Origin: Cladosporium halotolerans
Lineage: Eukaryota
Length of the DNA: 64,000 nucleotides
Direction: 5' to 3'
Assembly (NCBI RefSeq): GCF_011745625.1
Contig: NW_027191488.1
Coordinates: 1 to 64,000 of the forward strand
Below the pieces are notes generated by a model. The model had not been told where the DNA came from. It ran no database searches and worked only from the letters and a program-made list of their open reading frames with translations. This document shows, in pieces, positions 12,460 to 23,852 of this stretch (its first letter is position 1; every line of letters starts with the position of its first letter). Position numbers and translations under genes: made by a program.

Positions 12460-13777
12460 GGTCTATGAGATAGCAAGTAAGCCTGGGATCCGTATTGGGC
12501 TCAGTTGACTTACGCGCGTGTTCGTCTGCGCAACGTTTGGCAGATTGAGCAATGGAGGTAAATTTGTGCGATCGAGATTCTTTGAGCCTTGTATCAGAAT
12601 TAGAAGTATGGGTAGAGTTCTGAGAAGGTGTGTCTTCCACTTTAATAAATGGTCTCTTTCAGTCGCTTTCTGGGCGCCAGTACTAATGCAACATAAGCGC
12701 CCTCTGAGTGCACAGTCTGATCCCTCTCTAGATCTCACTTTGCCAATCACTTACAACCGATTGAAGGTGTCAATTCTTGCATTCTTCATACATGAGCGTG
12801 ATGGTCCCCGAAGCGCGCGGCTACGGTCTTGCCGTTCGATCCTACAGCATCGATCAACGCACCTTGTAGGCGCTTGGAACGGATGTGGGTAGCAGCTGCC
12901 GCCCGACCACAGTCTGCCTCAGACTCCTTTCCTTGAACACCTTGGAATACATTCTTGATTACTAACATGTGGTCTTGTGGTTTGCAAGTGCAGTCGATGT
13001 GGCTAAGGTGGCGTGAAAATGTACAATTGAGCCAATCGATATTGCTTCTGTCAAAGGACATGGCTCAAATAGGAATGAAACCCGGCACTGGAGCCAGACA
13101 TAGTCTCCCTTCCCAAAAGCAACAGTGCCTCCTCATCATTAGATTCATGAGATGGTGGCCATACCCTCTTGTGCTGACGCAGAGGCCAAGTGGTTAAGCC
13201 CGAGAACTGCACAAAACATCAGGGAGCTGAAGACCGTCATTGACACAGTGGAGCCAGGTATAAGCTCAAACCAAACCTGTTCATGGATGGAGAAGAGAGC
13301 ATGAGAAAGCAAAATATATCCCACTGAGCTGGAAGCCGCCGATGACTCCGTGTGAAAAGGTATGAGCTCAAGCATTGTCCATTTTTGAAGTGAAAGAGGG
13401 TTCAGGAAAGCAGATAGTTCCCAGTACCCAGAATGCAGAGAGTATAATTATATTCACAAACATCTGCTGAGGTACTATTGAGTCGCGCAGAGGGAAAGCT
13501 ACGACGCGCGCATCACTAGAACGAATCGACGGAAAGTGATTGAAATTTCTTCAGTAAAACGTACAGTTCCTATCACCGTTTCGCCTAGTACAAGAAAAGC
13601 AAACAAATATGCACATTGCTAACAACCCCACACGTCCTGTGTCTGCCTCCCCAGAAGTCTCCGTTGGATATATACTTCGTGTTCCTCTCATCATAGCTCT
13701 TTGTTGGCTTTGTGCAATCTAAAGCAGCGTACCAGGATGGAATTGCGGGTAAACATGTTCCATGCTCTTTTCACTGC

Positions 13778-16700
13778 TTAAGAGGCCTTGGCCATGGTGT
13801 TGAGGGCAGAGCCGTTCTTGAACCACTCGATCTGGCCCTCGTTGAAGGTGTGGGAGAGAGAGACGTCGTAGGCGGAGCCGTTGGCGGGGTGAACACGGAG
13901 GGTCATGGGCTTGCCGACGGCGAGCTCAGTGCAGAGCAGGTCAACCTTGTCGTCGGGCTGGATCTTGTCGTAGTCCTCGGGGTTGGAGAAGGTGAGCGGG
14001 AGCATACCCTGCTTCTTCAGGTTGGTCTCGTGGATACGAGCGAAGGAGCGGGTGATGATGGCGAGACCACCGAGGTGGCGGGGCTCGAGAGCGGCGTGCT
14101 CACGGGAAGAGCCCTCACCGTAGTTCCAGTCACCAATGACGACCCACCTGATGCCCTTGGCCTTGTAGTCACGGGCAGTGGCAGGGACAGCGTCGAACTC
14201 GCCAGTGGTGAAGTTCTTGACCTTGTTGGCCTCGCCGTTGGCAGAGTTGATGGCACCGATCAGCATGTTGTTGGAGATGTTGTCAAGGTGACCACGGTAC
14301 TTGAGCCACGGGCCGGCCATGGAGATGTGGTCGGTGGTGGTCTTGCCCTGGGCCTTGATGAGGATGGGCAGGTCGGTGGCGTCCTTGCCGTCCCAGGCCT
14401 TGAACGGCTCGAGGAGCTGAAGACGGTCGGAGGTCGGGGAGACGGCAACATTGACGGAGGCGCGGTCCGCAGGCGGGGCCTGGTATGTATTGGCACCAGC
14501 ATCGTATCCGTTCTTGGGGAGGCCATCACCGGTCGGCTCCTTGAGCTTGAACTCCTTGCCGTCCTTGTCCTTGAGGGAGTCGGTGAGCGGGTTGAAGTTC
14601 AGGGTACCAGCGAGAGACATGGCGACGACAAGGTCGGGGGAGGTGACGAAAGAGTGAGTGGCAGGGTTGCTGGGAAGCGGTCAGCGAGAGTCAGCGAGGA
14701 GGGAGGGGAGACTAAATACGCATCGTTGCGCCCAGTAAAGTTACGGTTGTAGGAGGAGATGATGGAGTTGGCCTCGCCCTTCTTCACATCCCTTCTGTCC
14801 CACTGGCCTAGAAGAACGATATTGTCAGCATGCGATTAAGATGGTGGGTGAAATTATGCAAGTGAAGTCTGTGCGGCAAGTGAAAATCAAGGCAGATGGG
14901 CTTGATGAAGTTCGTTGTCTCCGCGGTAAAAGGCGCCTAGGATAGTCGATGCCAGCAGGTACGAGCTCGTAGAATCCGGAGACGCCAGACGCAGGGCTTG
15001 ATGAAGGAGGCGAAATAGCGCCGCATCTCCGCGGTCGATGTTTTCGAAGACAGTCGATGCCAACAGGTATGAGCTCTGAGGGCCTGGAGATGCCAGACGC
15101 AGGGCTTCATGAACGAGGCAAGGTAGCGCCATGTCTCCGCGGAACAGCATGTCCAAAATACTCGATACCAGCAGGTATGAGCTCGTCGGAGCGGAAATGC
15201 CAGATTCCAGGCCGGATGGCAAAGGCGGAGGCAGTGCCACATCTCCGGACTGCAAAACATTTTGGGGCGTACGTGCCACATGTGGAAGCTGATGGAGCTG
15301 GGAGATGAGTCGCAACCATGGAGGGAGCAGGAGGCAGCTTCAGATTGAACGTTGCAGGGAGGTGGCCGAACCCAGATCCATATCAGGAGCCAGTGTGATT
15401 CACCCCGGTGAAGTGAGGATCAAATGGAAACGATTGTCGATGTGTGGGGAAGAAAGGGAATACGTACCAATGCAGGGGCCGCAAGCGTTGGCAAGGACCA
15501 TGCCACCGAAGTCCTCGAGGGTCTTGAGCTGGCCATCGCGCTCGATGGTGGCGCGGATCTGCTCAGAACCAGGGGTGACGGTGAACAAGCTCTTGGACTT
15601 GATGCCGTGGCTGAGAGCGTCCTCAGCGATAGAAGCAGCGCGGCTCATGTCCTCGTAGGAGGAGTTGGTGCAAGAGCCGATGAGACCGACCTTGAGCTCC
15701 TCAGGCCAGCCGTTGGCCTTGACGGCCTCCTTGAACTTGCTGATGGGAGTGGCAAGATCGGGGGTGAAGGGACCGTTGATGTGGGGCTCAAGCTCGCTGA
15801 GGTTGATCTCGATGAGCTGGTCGTACTCGGCGCCCTGGTCCTCCCTGAGCTCGGCGGCGTACTCGCGGGAGAAGTCACCAATCTGGCTACGCTTGGTAGC
15901 GGCGAGGTAGTCGTACATGCGGTCATTGAAGGGGAAGAGGGAAGTGGTGGCACCAATCTCAGCACCCATGTTGCCTGTTCATTGTTAGTCAGTTGAACCT
16001 TCAGCAATGATTCGAGTTGTCACGTACAGATGGTGGCCATGCCAGTGGCAGAGATGGTGTCAACACCGGGGCCGAAGTACTCGACAATGGCGCCAGTGCC
16101 ACCCTTGACGGTGAGAATACCAGCGACCTTGAGGATGATGTCTGGGAAATGGTCAGCTCGGGAATTCTTTTGGGCTGGATGGATTCAAGGTATTCATACC
16201 CTTAGGAGCAGTCCAGCCGCTCATCTTGCCAGTGAGCTTAACACCGATGACCTTGGGGGCCTTCAGCTCCCAAGGCAGACCGGCCATGACATCGACGGCG
16301 TCGGCTCCACCAACACCAATAGCGGCCATACCGAGACCACCGGCGTTAGGAGTGTGAGAGTCGGTACCGATCATGAGACCACCGGGGAAGGCGTAGTTCT
16401 CGAGGACGATCTGGTGAATGATACCAGAGCCGGGCTTCCAGAAACCGATGTTGTACTTGGCGCAAGAGGTGCTCAGGAAGTCGTAGACCTCCTTGTTGAT
16501 GTCGTAGGCGCGGGCAAGATCCTTCTCGCCACCGATCTGGGCCTCAATCAAGTGGTCGCAGTGGACGGTGGAGGGAGTGGCAACACTGGGCATGCCGGCG
16601 CTCATGAACTGCAAAAGAGCCATCTGAGCGGTGGCATCCTGGCAAGCAACTCTGTCAGGGCGCAGCTTGAGGTAGCTGGAGCCACGCTCGATCTCCTGAC

Positions 16701-17027
16701 CGTGAGGGTCGTCAAGGTGAGAGTACAGAATCTTCTCGGCGAAGGTGAGGGGCCTGTTGTTCAACCTCTGCCTGACAATGCCCAGGTTCTCGCTCATCTT
16801 TTGGTAGTTGATAAAGTGGCCCTTCTCGGCGTTGGTCATCTCGACCTTCTTGGAAAGGGGAGAGTCCTGGACGGTGGCAAAGGTGCGGCGGCCCATGGCG
16901 CGCGGCTGTGACGCTGCTGTCAGTTCAGGTCTTCAATATTCACTACGACTCGCCGCCATCCACAGGCAGGCGGCGCAAAACGAGGGAGACGTACCAGCTG
17001 CCGCGCAGCGGCTCTGGCGGACAGCAT
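13778..17027 (-). CDS. ACO1: Mitochondrial aconitate hydratase
   Basis: Six exons; introns 16994-16906, 16199-16142, 16027-15975, 15467-14808 and 14719-14670. Motifs [44 protein letters not shown] and [10 protein letters not shown]; Arg-rich presequence. Confidence 0.97.
14887..15290 (-). repeat. 108-bp tandem repeat (about 3.5 diverged copies) inside ACO1 intron 4
   Basis: The unit start AGCTCRTACCTG (minus strand) recurs at 15183, 15075 and 14967, an exact 108-bp spacing. Confidence 0.9.
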
Positions 17028-17224
17028 GTTGAATCAACCCTGTGCTGACTTGAAGGTTGTCCTGGAGCTGTGTTTCAAGGCTCTGCAGGTCCAGCAGCAA
17101 GCCTCAGGCGATGTGTAAGGAATTGGATGAGGGGAGAGGAGGTGTTGTAGTTGTCGTCGTGTGGCAGAAAGCAGCGGAGAAGAAGCTGCTCGCGCGGGCT
17201 CGGCTGCTAAGCTCAGACAGTGTA

Positions 17225-17244
17225 AACACCCGAGCTGTGATTGG
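17225..17244 (-). promoter_or_regulatory. CCAAT-N12-RWT bipartite CBC/HapX-type site upstream of ACO1
   Basis: Minus strand CCAAT-cacagctcgggt-GTT, about 200 bp upstream of the ATG. Confidence 0.5.
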
Positions 17245-18068
17245 CTACCCGCGGAACCGGGGGATTATCGTCACAGGGCAACGCGATTTTGAGGAAGAGC
17301 CGGCAACTCGGCTAATGGATGTTCTGATGGCGGCGACTGCTTATCCTACATCCAAGCTCTATATACTCTTTGATCCGGTCGCTTTTGGTTTGCGACATCG
17401 CTCATAGATGCGTGTATAATCAATTCACGTGATCCGTCAGCCCTCTATCTCGCCCCCGTTAGCCTTCAGCGCGGATCCGGTGGGCCGGCTTCTGGCTGCG
17501 GTCAGCCACCGAAGGGGTACAGCCGCGGTTAACTACCACGCGAACATTCCGTCCCATTGCGCGTTATCGTGAGCGTGCCCCCGAGGCCAGGCCAGAGCTG
17601 CAGCCAAGATGCGATTTCGGCGGGACGGATCGCCGTGGCCTGCTGTCGTCACATTTACATGCACCTTGTACATAGATACTGCCCATCACTAGAGAGAAAC
17701 CAACGTCGTTGACCATGTGTGGGCAGCGTGGATGGTAACAGCCATCGGCTCCAAGGTGGTTGAGGCATGCTGGACTTGCCTGTAAATGCGTAGCACGCGG
17801 AGACATGGCGGAATGCGGATGTGGCCAAAAAGAGTGAAACCGGGTGGTCTGTGTTCGACAAGTGAAGTCCAGGCCGGGGCTCCGCCCGAGGTAATCCCGC
17901 CCACCCACTTGCCGCGGAAAAAAAAGTTCCCTGGAAAGATCACATGCCAAAGGCTTCGGTCCAAAACACGGGTCTTGCAGATCTTACGACAGAGGCTGCA
18001 CCGCTGTCGACGAACTACTCGAGCAGAGCACTGAGGATAATTATCACGCGGGAAGCTTTGTTGCCAAA

Positions 18069-18416
18069 ATGCCTGCTATTCGTGGAGTCGACTCCAAGAA
18101 GAAAACCCGCCGTCACACGCGCGACTTCGACCAAATTCACGCCGACCTTCACAACAAACGCCATCTGGAACAATACCACGAAACCCAGGCTCCCGAGGAA
18201 CTCCCAGCGTTTGGCGACTTTTACTGTATCGAATGTGCGAAATGGTTTGAGTCGGATACCAACTTCACTGCGCACAAGAGGGGCAAGCCGCACAAGCGTC
18301 GCGTGAAGGCCATGAAGGAGGAGCCATACACCCAGAAGGAAGCTGAGGCCGCCGCTGGCTACGGTACGGACATTGCAAAAAAGCAGGATGTGGAAGATTC
18401 CATGATCGAGGAATGA
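18069..18416 (+). CDS. BUD20: C2H2 zinc-finger 60S biogenesis protein (Bud20/ZNF593)
   Basis: RRHTRDFDQIHADL, FYCIECAKWF...HKRGKPHKRR and EPYTQKEAEAAAG. Confidence 0.92.
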   Translation: MPAIRGVDSKKKTRRHTRDFDQIHADLHNKRHLEQYHETQAPEELPAFGDFYCIECAKWFESDTNFTAHKRGKPHKRRVKAMKEEPYTQKEAEAAAGYGTDIAKKQDVEDSMIEE

Positions 18417-18523
18417 AGCGGTGTCGAGAGGAACTGGTCTGCACACAAACGCCCAGTGAAGAAAGAAATTCTTCTCCGAAGCTCTGAGAATGGTCTCTTC
18501 AAAACGCACCGGCCCCTTTGCCT

Positions 18524-19546
18524 CTATGCCATGGGATGACCCCCGAGCCAGAATCCTACCATTCCCGCCACGACCAAAAGACCTGCTGTCAGCAAGGTAG
18601 CGCGATGTTCTTTGGACTCTCGAACCAGATTCGCCATGAAAGAGCCGGCATCTGGAGGATTTTGTCGAGCAGCCTGTTGGCGCCTTGTTTTGCCCAAAGA
18701 TTGGCGACCATGACCATGTTCTGTATTTGTCTTCGCCCTTCTCACTTTGCTGCGTCCGCCGTCGGACTCGTACAGCAGATCCGGAGAGTCAGGCACATCG
18801 GGTGCGACCTTACGAATCACACGTGCTGGATTTCCAGCAGCGACATGATAGGCAGGGACATTCTTCGTGACTACCGACCCGGCTCCAATCACGCAGCCAT
18901 CCTCGATGGTTATACCGGGCCTGTGCGATAGCATTAGCATTGCCATCAAACATCGGATGGCTCAGATGGACTCACAATACTATCACATTAGCTCCAATGA
19001 AGCAATTCTTTCCAATCACATCATCACCCGCCACACTGGGGCCTTGTCTTCCCTTTCTTTCTCTCCAATCAATCGGATGTGTAACACCCAATATCCGGGC
19101 ACTGACCCCGATGATAGTGTGCTCTCCAATTGAAACCATGCAATCGGGGGAGTCTGCAATGAAGCAATCCCGGTTGATGAAGCACGAAGGATGGATTCGC
19201 ACGTTCAGACCATAATCGATCTGAATCGGTGCCTTGATCATTGCTACATCTGAGCCGTCGTAGCTGGTTCTCGGGCTGACAATGCTGGAATGTACATCAG
19301 TATTTTCCCTTGCTTTCACGAGCAAGAAGCTAAATACTCGTGCCAAGCTCGAGCCCGATCAACATCTGGAGCATCGATTGGAAGCGAGTTCAAGGCATCA
19401 CAAAGGATTGCTGCACGCTTGCGGAGATACCGGTATTCATCATTGGCGGCTGGAAAAGATAGTAATGAGTCCTCTCGTCGCGTATTGAGATTTAGAGACG
19501 ACTCAGAATTATTCTCTGTCATAGTGACATGTGTGATTCCTGCCAT
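18524..19546 (-). CDS. Maltose/galactoside O-acetyltransferase-like (trimeric LbH) protein
   Basis: Introns 19337-19285 and 18975-18921. Motifs PIQIDYGLN, hexapeptide repeats [36 protein letters not shown] and AAGNPAR. Confidence 0.85.
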
Positions 19547-20266
19547 TGAGATTTGTGCTCGAATACAGACTTGATAGTGCTGCCGCAAGTGGTGCTATGT
19601 ATTTATGATATCCTAGTAAATCGAATGATTGCATTCACTGCCAATATCGTCACTACTGGCAGTTACCGTAATACCTAGATGCGTTGTTTGTACGAACGAC
19701 ACGCGTGGTGGTCCCCCGATTTATGAACTTTTGCGAAGCGACAACATCTCTAATACACTAATTGCCCGAGTTACTGCGAGAGCACTTGTAGAACGAAGAT
19801 TGAGGACCTGGAATTTATGTAAATTTTTAGTATTCCGTTAGAGCCTTGAGACACTCCTCAGCGGTTCGATGCCTGAGTCTCTTCAACCATAATTATAACA
19901 GCGACATCTCAAGCTGGTACTCTTCAGGACCTATCGGGCCCGTGCGCTGTCAAATGCGATGAACGGTACTTCTTCATCGAAGAGACGCGGACTAGGATAA
20001 GTCAAGGCGTTTTCAAACCGAGTATGCAGCTTATCAAGTTATACCAATCGAATACGTTATTGCAAGTAAAGCCTAATCAATTAATGTGACGTTCTCTCAA
20101 CTTCCACTCTTCTCCAAGTACAGGCGAAGCTGTGGGTGAAGTTGACGCCAAGAAGTGTCCGTGCGTCCGCACAAATTCGCTTCCTCACCTTGTCAAGCAG
20201 CGGATTCTAGACGACCACGCCAAACGAAGCCGACACATAGCCCTTTGACACGAGCAAGCCGTCGCC

Positions 20267-20696
20267 ATGGCCAGTACGTTCAGAATCCGCGCGCGAACTA
20301 CTCGAGGACAAAACTGACTCTTCGCAGAGTCAAAGAACAGCTCGCAGCACAACCAGAGCAAGAAGGCTCACAAGAACGGGTACGCCGCACCACTTCCTCG
20401 ATCGCCATTCGTCTTCGCACCGCCGCGCCGATGAGGGAGAATGGGAGAAAGAGAAGCATTTCAGCAAGGAATGGATGACTGACGAGAATGCGCACACAGT
20501 ATCAAGAAGCCCAAGACCCACAGATACCCCTCGCTCAAGGGTACCGACCCCAAGTTCCGTCGCAACCACAGGCATGCTCTCCACGGCACCATGAGGGCCC
20601 TGGTACGTTTCGCTTCCACCGACAGCAATACCGGCGACTGGATGCTAACAACCACCGCAGAAGGAGGTTAAGGAGGGCAAGAGGGATGCGGCTTAA
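20267..20696 (+). CDS. RPL29: 60S ribosomal protein L29 (eL29)
   Basis: Exons 20267-20273, 20328-20379, 20500-20602 and 20661-20696 splice to [65 protein letters not shown]. Confidence 0.96.
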
Positions 20697-21644
20697 GCGA
20701 CGACCTAAGGAAATCTTTTCGGAGCAAGCAAACTTGGGCGTTTACGATGGCAAGCCGGCACCTTTTTTGAGTTTTACGGGACTGTTCTGTGCGTAGCTCA
20801 GTTGAGGTGGCTATGAGACCCGAATCCTTCAACCTTTCACGACTCAAGTCTTCTTGTCCTGGTTTGTACCGTCTCAGACTTCTCTATTTCCCATTACGAC
20901 CGCGCTATGGCTGGTTCCCTCCCCCCTAAGACGCTGCTTCCTCAGCAGCGCAAGGCATATGTGTGTACAGCGCCGAGCCATCTCCATGCTCGGCAGACTG
21001 AAGGATTATCTTTACGTGCCAAGATCGAGTCCTTTCGGGGACTGCCTGCTCATTACCAAACACCGGTGTCGGTTACTACATCTGCGTCGGTGCATGAAGA
21101 GGTGGCGACAGACCTTGACGGATACTATAAGTTATTGTTCGTACATACCCCAAACTAAATACGAAGAATCCGTTGAATTCCAATATAGATATACCCCGTG
21201 CTATGAAACACTCATCATCCGTGCTGCTTCATGTGCAATTGGATAGAAGTAGGACTATGTTGACGCGTCAAGAAACAACTCGCACGCGCAGGTTGGGCAA
21301 GAAACGGGAGGAAACCATCTAGAGCTGTCGAAGGCCTTCGAACCGATCCAGCGCTTTAATGAGCATCTTACAAAATGGCGCATCTCATCCAGCTCACGGT
21401 ATTCTACAGGAAAGTAATCAAAGCCGCTGTAGGAGAGACTCGAGAGACTCGAGGCTGGCTTCTGAAGACGACGGGAGGAAGGCGCGCGACGCACACCTGC
21501 GACTTCCTCAATGCTCACAACTCAAAGCCAACGTCACATCATCCGCCATTCACCTCTCTTTGCTTGTTTCCCGTCACTGCTCGACCAACAATCGTTGGAG
21601 CACCCAAACTTTCTACAGCCAACAAACAACCCTCTCCAGCAGAG

Positions 21645-23852
21645 ATGTCTGATATCCCACAATGGCGGCTCAAGATCCCACCGTCCAGATCCAGGACGCC
21701 TATGCTCGAGAGCCCCGAGATCGACCAGGGAATGCGTCCGCCGTCTGCCTTGGCCGGGCCATCAACCCGCCCGCCTACGCCGAAGAGAGGCTTGCGTCCC
21801 AAGCTGTCCTCATACCTGTCGCAATCTGCTCCCTTCGGAGCAGCGAGCAAAGAGCCTGAACCCTTCTTCGCAGACCACCTTACACCCAGCTTCCCCTCAT
21901 GGGCCGTGGAGGATACCTTTCCTAACACGAGCGCGGAGCAATTGATTCACGCTGTAATGTGCCGGCTCATGGCTCGGCCGTACGAATCGCTGGAGTCGCG
22001 CTTCAACGGCTCGCTGTTGCAGATCTTCGAAGCATACAGGCAGCTGGCCGACGAGCGTGATCGTTTGGAAAAGAGGCTGGCTGAGGAAGTGGATGGCCGG
22101 TCTGCTGATAGATCAGCCATGCAGAAGGCGGAGCGGAGATGGGAAGATGAGAAGGAGACGTACAAAGCTGAAGTCAAAAGGCTGGAGCTCGTGATCGCAA
22201 AGGGGAAGCGTGGCGTTGCGGAGGTCGCCCTTGTGAGGCAAGATAGTCTGATTCGTGGGAGGAAGATGATGGCTGGCAATCATGATGATGAGGACGATGG
22301 CAAGGAGACGGTCTTCGAGTTCCTGGAGAAAACTAAGATGTTTGAGCCAAAGGATTGGAGTGGTCAAAGAGGTAAGTACATCGCAGTCATCAGACGTCAA
22401 ACATTTTCACTGACGACGACAGCGACGATGAAGCTCCGACCGGCATCACCTTCAGCTAAGATGGCAAGGCTTTCGAAGCGGCTTGCGAAGAAGACATCGA
22501 AAACGAGCATTCATGCAGAGCTGCCTTTCGGTTCGCCACCGCCCAACATACCGAGTACGTCTTTACTTCAGGCGTCTTACTTGGAAGACCAAGCCAAACT
22601 CGAGAAAACCAAAGTCGAAGACCGTCCACAAGCAGCCGCGGAAGCAAGAGTCAGCTTTTCTGACGACACTGCTTCTACTTTCAGTTGTGCAGGAGATTTT
22701 CTCCCTGACGAGACCGGAGAACGACTCCCACTGAGCAGCATTTCTGAACCTCTCCCAGACAGCGATATCTTGGAGCTCCGCCAAATGGCAGCCACAATCT
22801 CCCGCCGCAGGGATGTCAATATCGAGTCTGTCATGCCGCGCCTGGTTGAAATGTTCCGCTCGCCGTCTAGCCCTGAGGAGCCATCTTCGCAACGCTACGA
22901 AAGAACACTAGGTCAGCGCATGATGACCGCTCCCGTCGCAAATGCGACAAGCGCACCTCCCGCTCGAAAGTCCTCACATATTAAGGGGTTCTTTAACAAA
23001 TTGAGAACCCAGGCTAGCCTCGACACCGTGTCTGACACTAGGAGATTCTCATTCGAGTTCGGTGACGATGCAGAGCCGATACGTACCGCATACGAGACAA
23101 CAAGTCGAGACAGTCCGCTTCGCAAAAGCGCATCGCTGTCGTCGTTGCCAACAGTGACTCACCATGTAACCAATCCTACCGCACCTGTGTGTCTCTCGCC
23201 CATCGAGTCAAGCCCAGCAACGTCGGTTCGCACGACAGACAGTCGAAGGACTTCGAAGATTCCTAGCCCGTCGTACAATGCAGCCCTAGCGAAGCCGAGA
23301 CAGGAACGTGACGGTTCCGTGTCCAGTCTTGGGACTGTAATGAGAGAAGCCGACAAATCAGCGCCCAGAACCGCCTCCGCAGGGAGTTCCGTGTACAGCG
23401 CACATTCCTCGCTTCATTACGCCGCCGACGAGGCAATCAGTGTGCCGCGCGTGGCACCTTCCCGCGCATCCGAAAGGTCCTCGAACCGCTCGGAGCTCGA
23501 AAGACTGCGTGGCAACGTGGGCATCAGCTCCGACGGTGCTGCAGGGTCGCTGCAAGCCCGACACCTGCCGGACCATACAGACACAGTGACCGCAAGTAAC
23601 CCTAGATGCGCTGGTAACGTCCCTGTCAAGGGCTGTGGCAGTGTTTCCGGGTTGACCGCGAACGCCACTCCAGGGCAGCGGGTACCTTCTCCCACGCGAG
23701 GCGGTTCTGACGGTCGATCCGGGCTCGTCTACGATGCAGGCTTGCGTCCATTGGCCACAATGCTGGAAAACTCGCGTCCGCTGCTGCACTCTCCCCGCAG
23801 CGACGGTGCCGACATCAATAATATTAGAAACCCGCCGGGCCGCGGAGACTGA
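21645..23852 (+). CDS. Hypothetical fungal protein with N-terminal coiled coil
   Basis: Long ORF with coiled coil (LLQIFEAYRQL...YKAEVKRLELVIAKG) and a probable 51-nt intron at 22372-22422 (GTAAGT...CTGAC...CAG). Confidence 0.8.
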   Translation: MSDIPQWRLKIPPSRSRTPMLESPEIDQGMRPPSALAGPSTRPPTPKRGLRPKLSSYLSQSAPFGAASKEPEPFFADHLTPSFPSWAVEDTFPNTSAEQLIHAVMCRLMARPYESLESRFNGSLLQIFEAYRQLADERDRLEKRLAEEVDGRSADRSAMQKAERRWEDEKETYKAEVKRLELVIAKGKRGVAEVALVRQDSLIRGRKMMAGNHDDEDDGKETVFEFLEKTKMFEPKDWSGQRGKYIAVIRRQTFSLTTTATMKLRPASPSAKMARLSKRLAKKTSKTSIHAELPFGSPPPNIPSTSLLQASYLEDQAKLEKTKVEDRPQAAAEARVSFSDDTASTFSCAGDFLPDETGERLPLSSISEPLPDSDILELRQMAATISRRRDVNIESVMPRLVEMFRSPSSPEEPSSQRYERTLGQRMMTAPVANATSAPPARKSSHIKGFFNKLRTQASLDTVSDTRRFSFEFGDDAEPIRTAYETTSRDSPLRKSASLSSLPTVTHHVTNPTAPVCLSPIESSPATSVRTTDSRRTSKIPSPSYNAALAKPRQERDGSVSSLGTVMREADKSAPRTASAGSSVYSAHSSLHYAADEAISVPRVAPSRASERSSNRSELERLRGNVGISSDGAAGSLQARHLPDHTDTVTASNPRCAGNVPVKGCGSVSGLTANATPGQRVPSPTRGGSDGRSGLVYDAGLRPLATMLENSRPLLHSPRSDGADINNIRNPPGRGD

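Noticed and set aside
13712..14752. Long antisense ORFs over ACO1 (likewise over CCT7, PDI1, IF2, CP2 and the MFS gene)
   Set aside because: Shadow ORFs caused by strong C/G third-position bias in the real genes.
19847..19889. B-box-like GGTTCGATGCC in a short hairpin (tRNA or tRNA relic?)
   Set aside because: No acceptor, D or anticodon arms can be built and the T-stem is imperfect; a lone B-box match can arise by chance.
20380..20499. Possible intronic snoRNA in RPL29 intron 2
   Set aside because: No proper box C (RTGATGA) with terminal stem; the CTGA is the branch point.
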